Positions 42,511 to 51,728 of a DNA stretch of 64,000 nucleotides are shown one piece after another. Source of the stretch: Acidobacteriota bacterium (GTDB lineage: Bacteria > Acidobacteriota > UBA890 > WLXD01). Made by a program: the position numbers and the translations under genes. The stretch spans positions 3,103,851 to 3,167,850 of the forward strand of contig CBDBHB010000009.1 of the NCBI GenBank assembly GCA_965205505.1, written 5' to 3'. The notes under the pieces were generated by a model. That model worked only from the letters and a program-made list of their open reading frames with translations. It was not told the DNA's origin and searched no databases. Positions within the stretch are counted from its first letter, which is position 1. Each line of letters starts with the position of its first letter.

Positions 42511-42658
42511 CCGATCGATGTCCCCATTCAGCCCAGGCATGACGACGATGGACCGCGGCTGGTAATAGCAAGTCGTAAAGGGACCTTTGCGGCGGGTTAA
42601 AAAGGGACCCCCTATGTAGTCGTAGAGGCGGTTTCCACGGCCGCGGGGTCCTGCAGCG

Positions 42659-43405
42659 TTATGGTCCTCCCTTTCGACGTCGGCCTCTGTCCTTAGCGGC
42701 CCTGAGTCGGTAGCTGTTGCCTTCGGTCTTGAGCACGGTAGCGTGGTGCACGATCCGGTCGATCACCGCAGCGGCCGCCGTGGCATCCAAGAACACCTCG
42801 GACCACTTGGCGAACGGCAGATTCGTGGTCACCACCACGGAGCGGCGCTCGTACACCCGGGTGATGAAGCGGAACAGTAGATCGGCTCCTTGCTTGTCGA
42901 ACGGCACGTAGCCGAGCTCATCGAGGATGACCACGTCGTAGCGCGCCATCTGCTCGAGCTTTCTGGACAGCCGGCCGTCCTGCTTGGCCTCCACGAGTAT
43001 GTTGGTGAGCTCGGCAGCGGTGGTGAACTTCACCCGGTAGTCCTGCTGGCAGCAGGCCATCCCGAGCGTGATCGCCAGGTGGGTCTTGCCGGTACCGACG
43101 GAGCCGACGAACACCACATTGGCCGCCTCTCGGACCCACTCGCAGCGGAACAACTCCAGCACCTCGTCCCGATCCAGCGTCGGCTGCGCCTCGAACTGGA
43201 AGGCATCCAGCGTCTTGAGCATCGGGAAGCGCGCCTCCTTCACGCGCCGCTGGATGCGTCGCTCTCGCCGGCCCGTTACCTCGAGCCTCGCCAGATCGGC
43301 CAAGAACTCCGCATACGGTTGCCGGTGGCTGCGTGCCTGCTCCGCCACCGTTCGCCACTGTGAGGCCATGCTCGTCAGGTACAGGGTCCGCAGATCCTCC
43401 GGCAG
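42659..43405 (-). CDS. istB: IS21 helper ATPase IstB; N-terminus fused to truncated IstA
   Basis: GSVGTGKTHL Walker A, ILDELGY Walker B, TTNLPF..W, DRIVHH. Confidence 0.9.
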   Translation of the reverse strand: MPEDLRTLYLTSMASQWRTVAEQARSHRQPYAEFLADLARLEVTGRRERRIQRRVKEARFPMLKTLDAFQFEAQPTLDRDEVLELFRCEWVREAANVVFVGSVGTGKTHLAITLGMACCQQDYRVKFTTAAELTNILVEAKQDGRLSRKLEQMARYDVVILDELGYVPFDKQGADLLFRFITRVYERRSVVVTTNLPFAKWSEVFLDATAAAAVIDRIVHHATVLKTEGNSYRLRAAKDRGRRRKGGP

Positions 43406-44517
43406 ATGCGGTGGCTCCAGCACCTTGGCTCCCTGTCGAAACGAACGGGCGTGCTTGGCCACCACTTCATCGGCCACCGCCACCTCCACCCGGTCGTGGT
43501 ACAGCTTTACCCACGCTGGCCGGTAGGCGTGTCGGATCGGCACCGAGTAGTGCGCCCCGTCCACCCGTACGTGCCCGAACTTGTCCACCACCCGGGCCAG
43601 AGTTCGGCAGCTTGGCGGCGGGTGTGCCGGTAGTGGCCGCAGATGCTGGCGCTCCGCTTGCCACGCCTGCCTGACCGTGCGGCCATCCGCCAACCGACGG
43701 TTATCCAGATCCGCCTCGAGCTCCTGCACCATCAGCTCGTTGAGCTGCTCGAAGTTGTCGATACTTGGCATCGGGCGGAACACGTTGTTGCGCACGTACT
43801 TCACCCCGCCCTCCACCGAGCCCTTCTCCCATCCCTTGCCCGGGGGGCGCAGAACTCCGCCGCGAACGGATACGAACCTCGGAACCCGTTGAAGGCATCC
43901 GTCTGTTTCCGATCCCGACCCCGGAACACCCGCTTCACCGCCAGCGACGTGTTGTCCAGCACCACCCGGCTCGTCACCCCGCCGAAGTACTCGAACGCCT
44001 TCTGGATCCCGTCCAGCAGGCACTCCAGCCTCTCGAGCGCGTACGCCCTGGCGAAGTACACGTTGGAATACGGCAGCGTCGCCACGAACAACTTCAGCTT
44101 CCGTGGCCGTCCCTGGATCAGCGCCCAGGACTCACCGAAGTCCACCTCCATCGTCTGCCCCGGCTCCTGGCTCCGATGCACGTACGCTTCCTTCCGATAC
44201 AGCTCGCCACGCGACTCCGCCACGTACTCCCGCACCGTCCGTCCCGGAACCGCTCCCGCCATCGGCAGCAGCAAGCGCCGGATCCGCTTCGCACTGATCC
44301 GTGCATCGGCTTTCAACCAGCCCTCGATCTGCTCCCGCCACGGATCCAGCCGCCGCCCACGCCGGGGCGTTGCCCGCAGCAGCGGCGCCTCGTCTTTGTC
44401 CAGCGCCCGACGCACGGTCTTGATGTTTACCTCCAGCCGTCGGGCTATCTCCTTCTTGGCGATCCCATCCACGACGTGCATGTGCCGAATCTCGGCCCAC
44501 TGAGACACTCTGATCAC
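43406..44517 (-). pseudogene. istA: IS21 transposase IstA, frameshift near 43840, C-terminus deleted
   Basis: N-terminal HTH; EVDFGE, LDNT and WEKGSVE DDE motifs; runs in frame into istB. Confidence 0.85.
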
Positions 44518-44992
44518 CTCCTCGGGTCCTCCTGGATCGGGTATCCGAAACGGTCTATTGCTTCCGTCTCGCTACCCCACCAGGGGGGCCCAGTCCAGCG
44601 CTTCTCAGGGGGTCCCTTTTCAGTCTGCCGCTACCATCGGCTCGCTTAGACTCCCGCACCCCTATGCAAGGCCGGGTGTGGGGGCATTCGCTGCGCATCG
44701 GTCGGCGCAGGACCACGCCGTCGCGGGCGCTTCCCCGGTTGAGATGCTGCAGGCCGGTCACGCTGGCACTCGTCAGCCATGCCAGTACGCTACGCACTCG
44801 GTGAGCTCGCCACCCGTGGCCCGTGGCACGGATGCGCTTCGGCCAGTAGCGCAAGGCGGCCGTCAGCAATGCGGCGCGCTCGGTGTCTCGTTCGGTTGCG
44901 ATCGTGCAGGGGGCGCTATGAAAATGTTTCCCCAGAATCGCTTCCTGAACGCGCGGCGAGGCTTCAGGCTAGATACCAAAGTGCCTTCCGGG

Positions 44993-45720
44993 CTACGAGT
45001 GAAAAGCCCCCATCAAACCACCTCCCGGAAAGCCATAGAGTTTCAAGAGACCTTCGCGAAACGCAGGGTGTAGCGGTGCGTGCTTGCCTAGCTCGTCAAG
45101 CGCTCCCTTCAGCCCTCCGCTTCCCGTCCGCGCCGTTAATTTCGCCGCCGATTCGACCGCTGAGATCGCTTCTTTCGTAGCATTCCTGTAGTCGGCGGGT
45201 CCACGCAGCTTCTCCACCGCAGTTCGGATGTGCTCGGCCACAAGGGTAAGTCCCGCGGTTTCCGCGATGGCGATCGCGTCCTCAATGGCCTCGACCTCGG
45301 CTTCGGACGAGATCGGCACCAGGATGCCATCGACGCAACGGTACGCGGAGGCCTCCCTCGTGACGACTTCATTCAACTGGGTTTCCTTGTCCTCGGTTGA
45401 GGCCCCGGGAGACCAGCACTCGGACACCAGGAACTCAACGAACTCGTAGGCCCTGTGCCACTCCAGCTTGTAGAACATCTCCTTGATATGGCGTCTACAC
45501 TCTTCTTCCGGGTAGGGGACTTCGTCGACCGGTCTTGGCTCGAAGTCACGGCAACGCGCAGCGCGAGCTGGTGCCAGCAAATGCCACTTGGGTCACTCCG
45601 TGGGTTCGACGTGTACCAGTCGCAGATCAGGTTCCAAAGCGAGTTCCTCAACGGCTCGTCCATGGAATCCGTCTGCAGCGCATGCGCACGCGTGATGCCC
45701 ATGCGCTCGGAGAACCTCAT
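44993..45720 (-). pseudogene. AbiJ-NTD4-like protein, frameshifted and apparently C-terminally truncated
   Basis: MRFSERMG...LRNSLWN, LEW..AYEFVEF, DYRNA.KEAISAVES, LHPAF..GL.KLYG; family recalled from motif appearance only. Confidence 0.55.
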
Positions 45721-45748
45721 GCTCAAAATCATCCCCGTGTGCTAGCTG

Positions 45749-45769
45749 CGTGACTGCTCCGTGACCGCT
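45749..45769. repeat. CGTGAC(T/C)GCT direct repeat, 11-bp period (arm-type-like)
   Basis: Copies at 45749-45758 and 45760-45769, next to the tRNA-Thr fragment. Confidence 0.55.
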
Positions 45770-45792
45770 TGGATTGTCAAATAGGAGAATCC

Positions 45793-45836
45793 TAGAGCCG
45801 GCGAGGGGACTTGAACCCCGGACCTGCTGATTACGA
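45793..45836 (-). tRNA. tRNA-Thr(CGT) 3' half, att-like fragment
   Basis: Reverse complement TCGTAATCAGCAGGTCCGGGGTTCAAGTCCCCTCGCCGGCTCTA; tRNA similarity stops in the anticodon loop. Confidence 0.8.
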
Positions 45837-45880
45837 TTAGACTCCGACACGACAGCGCCGCCGCGGGACCCCGGACCCCC

Positions 45881-45994
45881 AACCACGCCGGGGTTCGCTC
45901 TGGAGCCTACGGAGCTGGGCGCTACGCCCGCAGCGAGGGTGGCCCGAGGGGCTTCATCAGGTGGTACATGAACCAGCTCATCGGCGCCCGATAG
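45881..45994 (+). pseudogene. C-terminal fragment of a Rieske oxygenase paralog
   Basis: NHAGVRSGAYGAGRYARSEGGPRGFIRWYMNQLIGAR* matches the C-terminus of the gene at 27239-28690. Confidence 0.8.
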
Positions 45995-46161
45995 CCCATC
46001 GACGTTACGGCGGCGATAGAGAGTACCGCTCGGACCGCGTCGCGAACACCAAGTCGGCACAGGCCAACGTCCGGTGCCGTCTCTTGTTGCAGGATCAGAC
46101 TGGGCCTCCCCCGATTTCCCGGACACCTTTGGAAGCCCGATAATGGGCTCGGAGGTGAAGC

Positions 46162-46455
46162 ATGGGGTCACGACGGCGGTACAGTCGCGAGTTCAAGATT
46201 GAGGCAGTGAGGATGGTGACGCAGCTGGGCCATCCGGTGTCTGAGGTGACCCGGGATCTGGGTGTTGGCCGCGGCATGTTGACCAAGTGGCGCAAACAGC
46301 TCCAGGAGCAGGGGGTCACGGCGTTTCCGGGCGCGGGGAAGATGCCCGACCAGGACCTGGACGGGCAACAGCTACGGCGGGACCTGCGGCGAGTACGGCA
46401 GGAGCGCGACATTCTAAAAAAAGCGTTGGCGATCTTCTCGGAACGCCCGCGATGA
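46162..46455 (+). CDS. IS3 transposase OrfA
   Basis: RRRYSREFKIEAVR..., ERDILKKA. Confidence 0.9.
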   Translation: MGSRRRYSREFKIEAVRMVTQLGHPVSEVTRDLGVGRGMLTKWRKQLQEQGVTAFPGAGKMPDQDLDGQQLRRDLRRVRQERDILKKALAIFSERPR

Positions 46456-47447
46456 AGTACCCGATCATCAAGCAACTGTCCGGCAAGTTCCCGGTGCGGC
46501 GGTTGTGCAAGATGCTCGAGGTGTGTCACGGCGGTTACTACGAGTGGCGAGGAAGGGGGCCGAGCCCGAGAGCGCGAGAAGATCGCCGTCTACGTGTGCA
46601 GATCAGAGCTGCATTCCGAGAGAGCCGCGACCGTTACGGAAGTCCGCGCATCCACAAGCAACTTCGGCAACGAGGGATCCGCTGCTCTCGCAAGCGGGTA
46701 GCTCGGCTGATGCGCCAGGAAGGACTTCGAGCTCGCCAACCCCGTCGGTTCCGGGTGACAACACGGCCCACACCTGGGCGGTCAGCGGCGCCCAACGTGC
46801 TGGCACGGCGCTTCACGGTGGATGCCGTGGACAGCGTCTGGGTGGGCGACCTGACATACCTGTGGACGCAGGAAGGATGGCTATACCTGGCCGTGGTGAT
46901 GGATCTGTGCTCGCGACGGATCATCGGCTGGGCGGTGAGCGAGACGATGACGGACGATTTGACGCTGGCGGTCCTGGATCAGGCCTTGGAGCAACGCCGT
47001 CCCGGTTCCGGAGTGCTCCATCACAGCGACCGCGGCAGCCAGTACAGCAGCGACGATTACCTAGACAAGCTGCGTGACCGTGGCTTCACCATCAGCATGA
47101 GCAGGAAAGGAGACTGCTGGGATAACGCGCCGATGGAGAGTTTCTTCTCTACCCTGAAGTTCCAACTCGGTGGCTGCTTCAGTTCCCGGGCGGCGGCCCG
47201 AGCCGAGTTGTTCCACTACATCGAAGTGTTCTACAACCGGGCTCGCATGCACACCTCGATCGGAGACCAGAGTCCGGCTCAGTTCGAGGCGGCAATGCGG
47301 CGGCCAGGCCAGAGCGGCCAATCAGCTGTGGAAGCTGACGCGCCCGTGGAAATCGACTCCCGATTTCCACCGTCGCTTGGACAACGCTCCGCGTTGCCAA
47401 CAGCTCCCACAGCCGCTAATACGACTACGACAATGGATCTTAACTAA
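46452..47447 (+). CDS. IS3 transposase OrfB (DDE)
   Basis: YGSPRI, WVGDLTY, HSDRGSQY, DNAPMESFF, YIEVFYNR.R.H. Confidence 0.92.
   Translation: MKYPIIKQLSGKFPVRRLCKMLEVCHGGYYEWRGRGPSPRAREDRRLRVQIRAAFRESRDRYGSPRIHKQLRQRGIRCSRKRVARLMRQEGLRARQPRRFRVTTRPTPGRSAAPNVLARRFTVDAVDSVWVGDLTYLWTQEGWLYLAVVMDLCSRRIIGWAVSETMTDDLTLAVLDQALEQRRPGSGVLHHSDRGSQYSSDDYLDKLRDRGFTISMSRKGDCWDNAPMESFFSTLKFQLGGCFSSRAAARAELFHYIEVFYNRARMHTSIGDQSPAQFEAAMRRPGQSGQSAVEADAPVEIDSRFPPSLGQRSALPTAPTAANTTTTMDLN
47325..47413. repeat. 89-bp multi-hairpin palindromic element inside the IS3 3' end
   Basis: GCTGTGGAAGCTG / CAGCTCCCACAGC closing stem; inner hairpins GTGGAAATCG / CGATTTCCAC and CAACGC / GCGTTG. Confidence 0.7.
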
Positions 47448-48065
47448 GTGTCCGGGAAAGCGGGGCAAGGTCAGACCAAGGGCGTCCTGTCGTGTTTTCA
47501 GTCACTGCAGCCGCGCCGCGAGACATCTCCACCCGCAACGCTTGCTTGTTCTGCTTGGAGTCCGTAACGAACTGCCTTGCTGATAGCCATTACCTTGTCT
47601 CTCGTCAGTAGGTTAGGGGTTCACTCGGGACTTCCTAGCTTAAGCTCTTATCGTGCTGCATGAAGAGAGGGCAGCTGGTTCTGTGCCGCATGGCGGATGG
47701 GCGCGCCGCATTGCTGCGTGTTCTGTCCGTGACCGATCAAGCAGTGGAACTCACCGCTGTTGGAGGGCCACCGACCTGGTACCGGCGCACCGAGGTGTTC
47801 CGAATGGATGGTGCGCTCCTGGCGGCGCTGGTCCGCGCCCGCGCTTGCCGGCGACACCGTAGACCTCGAGGCGCTATGGGACCAGGCAGTGCCTTGGTCA
47901 CCTGAGGGGTGAAAGGTACAGCTCGGGGATGCCCGTGAAGGTCGGCTCGCTGAGCCCCAGAGGTCCAAAAGAGTCCGGGGTATTCCCCGAAATAATGGTG
48001 GGAATAGTGCGGGAATGTTCGACTAGTTGTTCATGTAACATATTGTAGATAAGCAGTTTATAAGA

Positions 48066-50411
48066 ATGAGTGTGGCGGACGGTATCGGCGCCAACACGGC
48101 GATGTTCACTTGGATCAACGGGATGCTCCTGAAGCCCCTCAGGGTGGAGCACCCTGAGCGTTGGATGCAGCTGTCTATCGTGCGGGCGAGCGGTTTTCGC
48201 AGCAGCTATTCGTATCCGAACTTCCTCGATCACCGAGAGCGCAACCAGGTGTTCGACGCTATGTACGCATACCGGATGGCACCGGTAAGCGTGAGCTTCG
48301 GAGCCGAAAACCAGCGCAGCACGGCCGCCGTGGTCAGCGCCGGATTCTTCGCCGCACTCCGCCCCGAGCCGGTGGCGGGACGAACTTTCACCGAGGCCGA
48401 GGACAGCGTGCCCGGCCGCGACGCGGTGGCGGTGATCAGCTACGGCTTCTGGCAGCGTAACTTCGCCGGTGAACCCAGCGTGGTGGGGCATGCGTTCCAA
48501 CTCAACTCGTATCCGTTCACGATCGTTGGCGTTATGCCCGAAGGATTCGGGTTTGCGCGTATCGAACCCAGCGTCGATCTCTGGGTACCGCTTGCGATGC
48601 AGGAGATCGCCCGACCCGGTTCGGGAACCCTCGAGGAACGCGGCAGCGGTTTCCTGGCGGCCTACGGTCGTCTGCGCCCGGGCGTCAGTCTCGAGCAGGG
48701 TAGCGAGGGCATGAACACCATGCACGCGGCGCTAGTCGAGGAGTACCCCAACGCGCTCGAGGGCACGACCGTTAACCTCGAACCAGCCACACGGTCGTAC
48801 CTCGGACCCAACTCCGGCGCGGTGGCATCGATCTTCACGGTGCTGATGGGTGTGGTTGGCAGCGTCCTACTGATCGCCTGCGCCAACGTCGCCAACTTGA
48901 TGCTGGCGCGCGGAGCCGATCGACAGAGAGAGATCGGCATCCGGCTGGCGCTCGGCGCCGGGCGGCGGCGAGTGGTTCGCCAGCTGCTGACCGAGAGCTT
49001 GATGCTCGCCGCCGCCGCCGGCATCACCGGCGCCGTGTTAGCGGTGTGGATCAGCCGAGCCGTGACTTCGTTCCAGCCGCCGCTCCCGGTACCCGTCAGC
49101 TTCGACATGCCAATTGACTTGAGGGTTCTGGCATTCACCACCATCGTCGCGCTAGCCACCGGCCTGGTCTTCGGGCTGCTGCCCGCTCTGCGCGTATCGC
49201 GCCCGGAGCTAGTCGAAACGCTGAGGGGCGGCGGGCGAGTTACCAGCGGAACGCGCTTGAAGAACACGCTGGTGGCCGCAGAGATCGCCATGTCGCTCGC
49301 ACTGCTCATCGGAGCGGCGCTGTTCCTCAGGAGCCTGCAGAACGCCAGCGCCATCGATGCGGGGTTCGATGCCAACAACGTGCTCGTCGCCTCCATGGAT
49401 CCTTCGCTTCAAGGCTATGGCGACGATGAGGTCGGGGCCTTTTATCGACAGCTGGTCGACTACGTACAGCAGCTACCAGGGGTTCGCGCGGTATCGCTCG
49501 CCGAGATGTTGCCGATGGCCCCGGGCACACAGCAGTGGGGCGCCTCGATCGAAGGCTATGAGCCCACCCAGGATGAGCGCATGAACCTCGACTATAACTA
49601 CATCAGCCCAGGGTACTTCGAGAGCATGGGTGTGCCTCTGGTGGCTGGGCGTGAATTCGACTGGGACGACGACCTGGCGAGCGCCGGCGCCATCATCATC
49701 AACGAGACCATGGCCGAGCGTTTCTTCCCCGGTGAGTCTGCCCTCGGCCGCAGGGTCAGTAGCGGCAACATGGAGCGTCAGATCGTCGGCGTGGTTCGCG
49801 ACTCGAAGTACTACTCGCTGGGAGAGCAACCGCTGTCGTACATGTATTTCCCGTTCATGCAGTCGAACCAGTCGGCGCTTTCTCTGCATGTACGCAGCGC
49901 TGCCGAGCCACAAGCCTTGGTCGCCGCGGTGCGCGAAGAAGTCCGGCGGCTCGATGCCGAGCTACCGATCTTTGACGTACGCACCATGGAGTCACAGATC
50001 GGAATTGCCCTGTTGCCGGCACGACTGACCGCTGGGTTGCTGGGCATTTTTGGATCCTTCGCCCTGTTGTTGGCCGCCGTAGGGCTCTACGGTGTCATGG
50101 CTTATGCCGTTGGTCAGCGAACACGTGAGATCGGCATCCGCATGGCTCTAGGCGCCTCCAGCGGCGACTTGGTCCGCATGATTCTGCGCCAGACACTGGT
50201 TCTGCTCGCCATCGGGCTGAGCGTCGGATTGGTCGCCGGCGCCGGTGTGGGGCGCGCCGCCGAGAGTCTTCTCTACGGCGTGGACTGGGTCGACAGCACC
50301 GCTTTCGGGGGCGCCATCGCGGTCATCACTGTTGCGGTATTGCTCGCCGGCTTCATGCCGGCACGGCGCGCCTCCCGAGTCGATCCGGTGAACGCGCTGC
50401 GTGTCGAGTGA
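48066..50411 (+). CDS. Duplicated MacB/FtsX-type ABC permease (ADOP-like), 5' truncated
   Basis: Begins at GIGANTAMF without the preceding N-terminus and first TM segment; LLIACANVANL, REIGIRLALGA, RTREIGIRMALGA, RRASRVDP..ALR.E. Confidence 0.88.
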   Translation: MSVADGIGANTAMFTWINGMLLKPLRVEHPERWMQLSIVRASGFRSSYSYPNFLDHRERNQVFDAMYAYRMAPVSVSFGAENQRSTAAVVSAGFFAALRPEPVAGRTFTEAEDSVPGRDAVAVISYGFWQRNFAGEPSVVGHAFQLNSYPFTIVGVMPEGFGFARIEPSVDLWVPLAMQEIARPGSGTLEERGSGFLAAYGRLRPGVSLEQGSEGMNTMHAALVEEYPNALEGTTVNLEPATRSYLGPNSGAVASIFTVLMGVVGSVLLIACANVANLMLARGADRQREIGIRLALGAGRRRVVRQLLTESLMLAAAAGITGAVLAVWISRAVTSFQPPLPVPVSFDMPIDLRVLAFTTIVALATGLVFGLLPALRVSRPELVETLRGGGRVTSGTRLKNTLVAAEIAMSLALLIGAALFLRSLQNASAIDAGFDANNVLVASMDPSLQGYGDDEVGAFYRQLVDYVQQLPGVRAVSLAEMLPMAPGTQQWGASIEGYEPTQDERMNLDYNYISPGYFESMGVPLVAGREFDWDDDLASAGAIIINETMAERFFPGESALGRRVSSGNMERQIVGVVRDSKYYSLGEQPLSYMYFPFMQSNQSALSLHVRSAAEPQALVAAVREEVRRLDAELPIFDVRTMESQIGIALLPARLTAGLLGIFGSFALLLAAVGLYGVMAYAVGQRTREIGIRMALGASSGDLVRMILRQTLVLLAIGLSVGLVAGAGVGRAAESLLYGVDWVDSTAFGGAIAVITVAVLLAGFMPARRASRVDPVNALRVE
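48073..48093. other. Putative right attachment core site TGGCGGA-CGGTATC-GGCGCCA
   Basis: 7-7-7 palindrome at the junction between an AT-rich spacer with arm-like repeats (47997-48016) and the GIGAN codons of the permease. Confidence 0.65.
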
Positions 50412-50602
50412 GCGCGCGGACCAACGTCCTTCGTAGGCCGGCTTGCCGTTGACGATGCTAAAGACCGTTCATCATTCGCCACCGCGATGAAACACCGCGC
50501 TTGGACGCTTTTGGCTTCTCCAGGGTCAGCGGGCTCGTTATGCTGTGGGTAGTCACGAGCGTGGCAAGTTCATGTTGAGACAGGGACTGGGACCGCGCAA
50601 CT

Positions 50603-50637
50603 CGCCGGCCGGCTCGATAGCCAGCCGGCGTTTTTTT
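50603..50637 (+). terminator. Intrinsic terminator
   Basis: CGCCGGCCGGCT-CGAT-AGCCAGCCGGCG followed by T7. Confidence 0.7.
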
Positions 50638-50927
50638 GCCTGCGGAGCGTGTTCAAGTCGCGTCTCGCTCGGCGAGCCAAGCGCGCTTCGCAGCGGCGAT
50701 ACCTTCCAGCGTCTCGGTACCCGGTCCGTTCTCATCGCTGGACTCGATCGCCGTCTGCTCAATCGCAAATGGCCCGGCTGCTCTCCCGTGGTGAGAGCCG
50801 ATCTATTCCGCTAGGCTGAGCAGCCTTTGCGGAGCCCGCCCCTTCCCGAACCCGCGACCGGCGATCTGGAAGGCCGAGGCTGATCGACCATAACCCCGAC
50901 CACCTACCAAGTCCTGGTGATCGCCCG

Positions 50928-51728
50928 CTAGGCGACGCGACGTCCAGGCGTCGCCATATCAGGGTCATCAGCGAGACTGAACGCTGCGACGGTAGGCTCC
51001 AGGATCGCCAGCAGCGTGTCGAACTCGATGGCGATCACAGAGCTCCAACATTTTGCTCTGTTCGCACGACGTACTGTTCCCTGACTGGTAGTGGGGCTGA
51101 CCCGACCCTTGCTCTCAAGAAGGCGGATGCGGCAACGTGACCCCAGCGGCACATCCGGCTGATCCACACGTGCCAACACCCCACTGCGACTTAGATTAAG
51201 TGTCACGCCGCGCAAGGCAGGAAGATCGCATTCCGCTACTTCAACGCGGATCGGATAGCAGGCTTCAAAGCGTGGAAACCATTCAACGACGAGCCGTGGT
51301 GCGATGTCTAGGTGATCGCAGAGCTCCTCGAACCAGGAGCTTTGGAAGAATTCATTCGGGTGTCCATACTCAACGACTTTCGTCAAGTGCTTTCGTTGGT
51401 GCGAAGAGATCAGCTTCCGATCGTGTATCTCGTGGAGGAAAACACTGTCATCGACAGCCTGCTTGAGAACCGCCGTGAAGAGCCTGCGACAGGCGTCCGG
51501 ATCGTACTCCTGTTGCAGGGAGCGACCTTCCCGAGCGACTCCTTGAACGTCACTCCTAGGCTGCTGTGCTGCAGGTGTGGCGATTACTCTCGACATCGTC
51601 TTGCACTTCTGCACGAAGCCCCGATATGCCCCGTTGAGGGCGCGCCGCCGACTGTGCCGGATCCTAGTCGTAACATCAGCGACGCGCCCACCGGGCGTTT
51701 CCCTGGTCTGGGCAAGAGGGAGACCCAA
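50928..51728 (-). CDS. Hypothetical protein with C-terminal PilZ-like domain; start uncertain, possibly a fusion of fragments
   Basis: PRF...PIRV, TLNLSRSGVL (NxSxxG) and terminal IAIEF. Confidence 0.45.
   Translation of the reverse strand: MGLPLAQTRETPGGRVADVTTRIRHSRRRALNGAYRGFVQKCKTMSRVIATPAAQQPRSDVQGVAREGRSLQQEYDPDACRRLFTAVLKQAVDDSVFLHEIHDRKLISSHQRKHLTKVVEYGHPNEFFQSSWFEELCDHLDIAPRLVVEWFPRFEACYPIRVEVAECDLPALRGVTLNLSRSGVLARVDQPDVPLGSRCRIRLLESKGRVSPTTSQGTVRRANRAKCWSSVIAIEFDTLLAILEPTVAAFSLADDPDMATPGRRVA

Larger units (their letters stand above)
42560..44636 (-). mobile_element. IS21-family element with internal deletion
   Basis: TGGTA...AAAGGGACC termini with repeated internal motifs; istA and istB present; flanks GCGGC/TCGGC are an imperfect duplication. 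Confidence 0.9.
46101..47473 (+). mobile_element. Complete IS3-family insertion sequence
   Basis: IRL TGGGCCTCCCCCGATTTCCCGGACAC; IRR GTGTCCGGGAAAGCGGGGCAAGGTCA; 3-bp target duplication GAC; A7G slippery run near the end of orfA. Confidence 0.93.
36013..48079. mobile_element. Decayed composite integrative element region
   Basis: Integrase at the left end; related core half-sites and TAATGGTGG(G)AAT arm motifs at both ends; nested IS elements and tRNA fragments. Confidence 0.6.

Noticed and set aside
41118-45836. Functional tRNA-Leu and tRNA-Thr genes
   Set aside because: Both lack the 5' acceptor strand and D arm.
50520-50640. c-di-GMP-I riboswitch near the PilZ-like gene
   Set aside because: Only loose resemblance; the GGCAAAC/GAAA/GACGCAAAGC core is not present.
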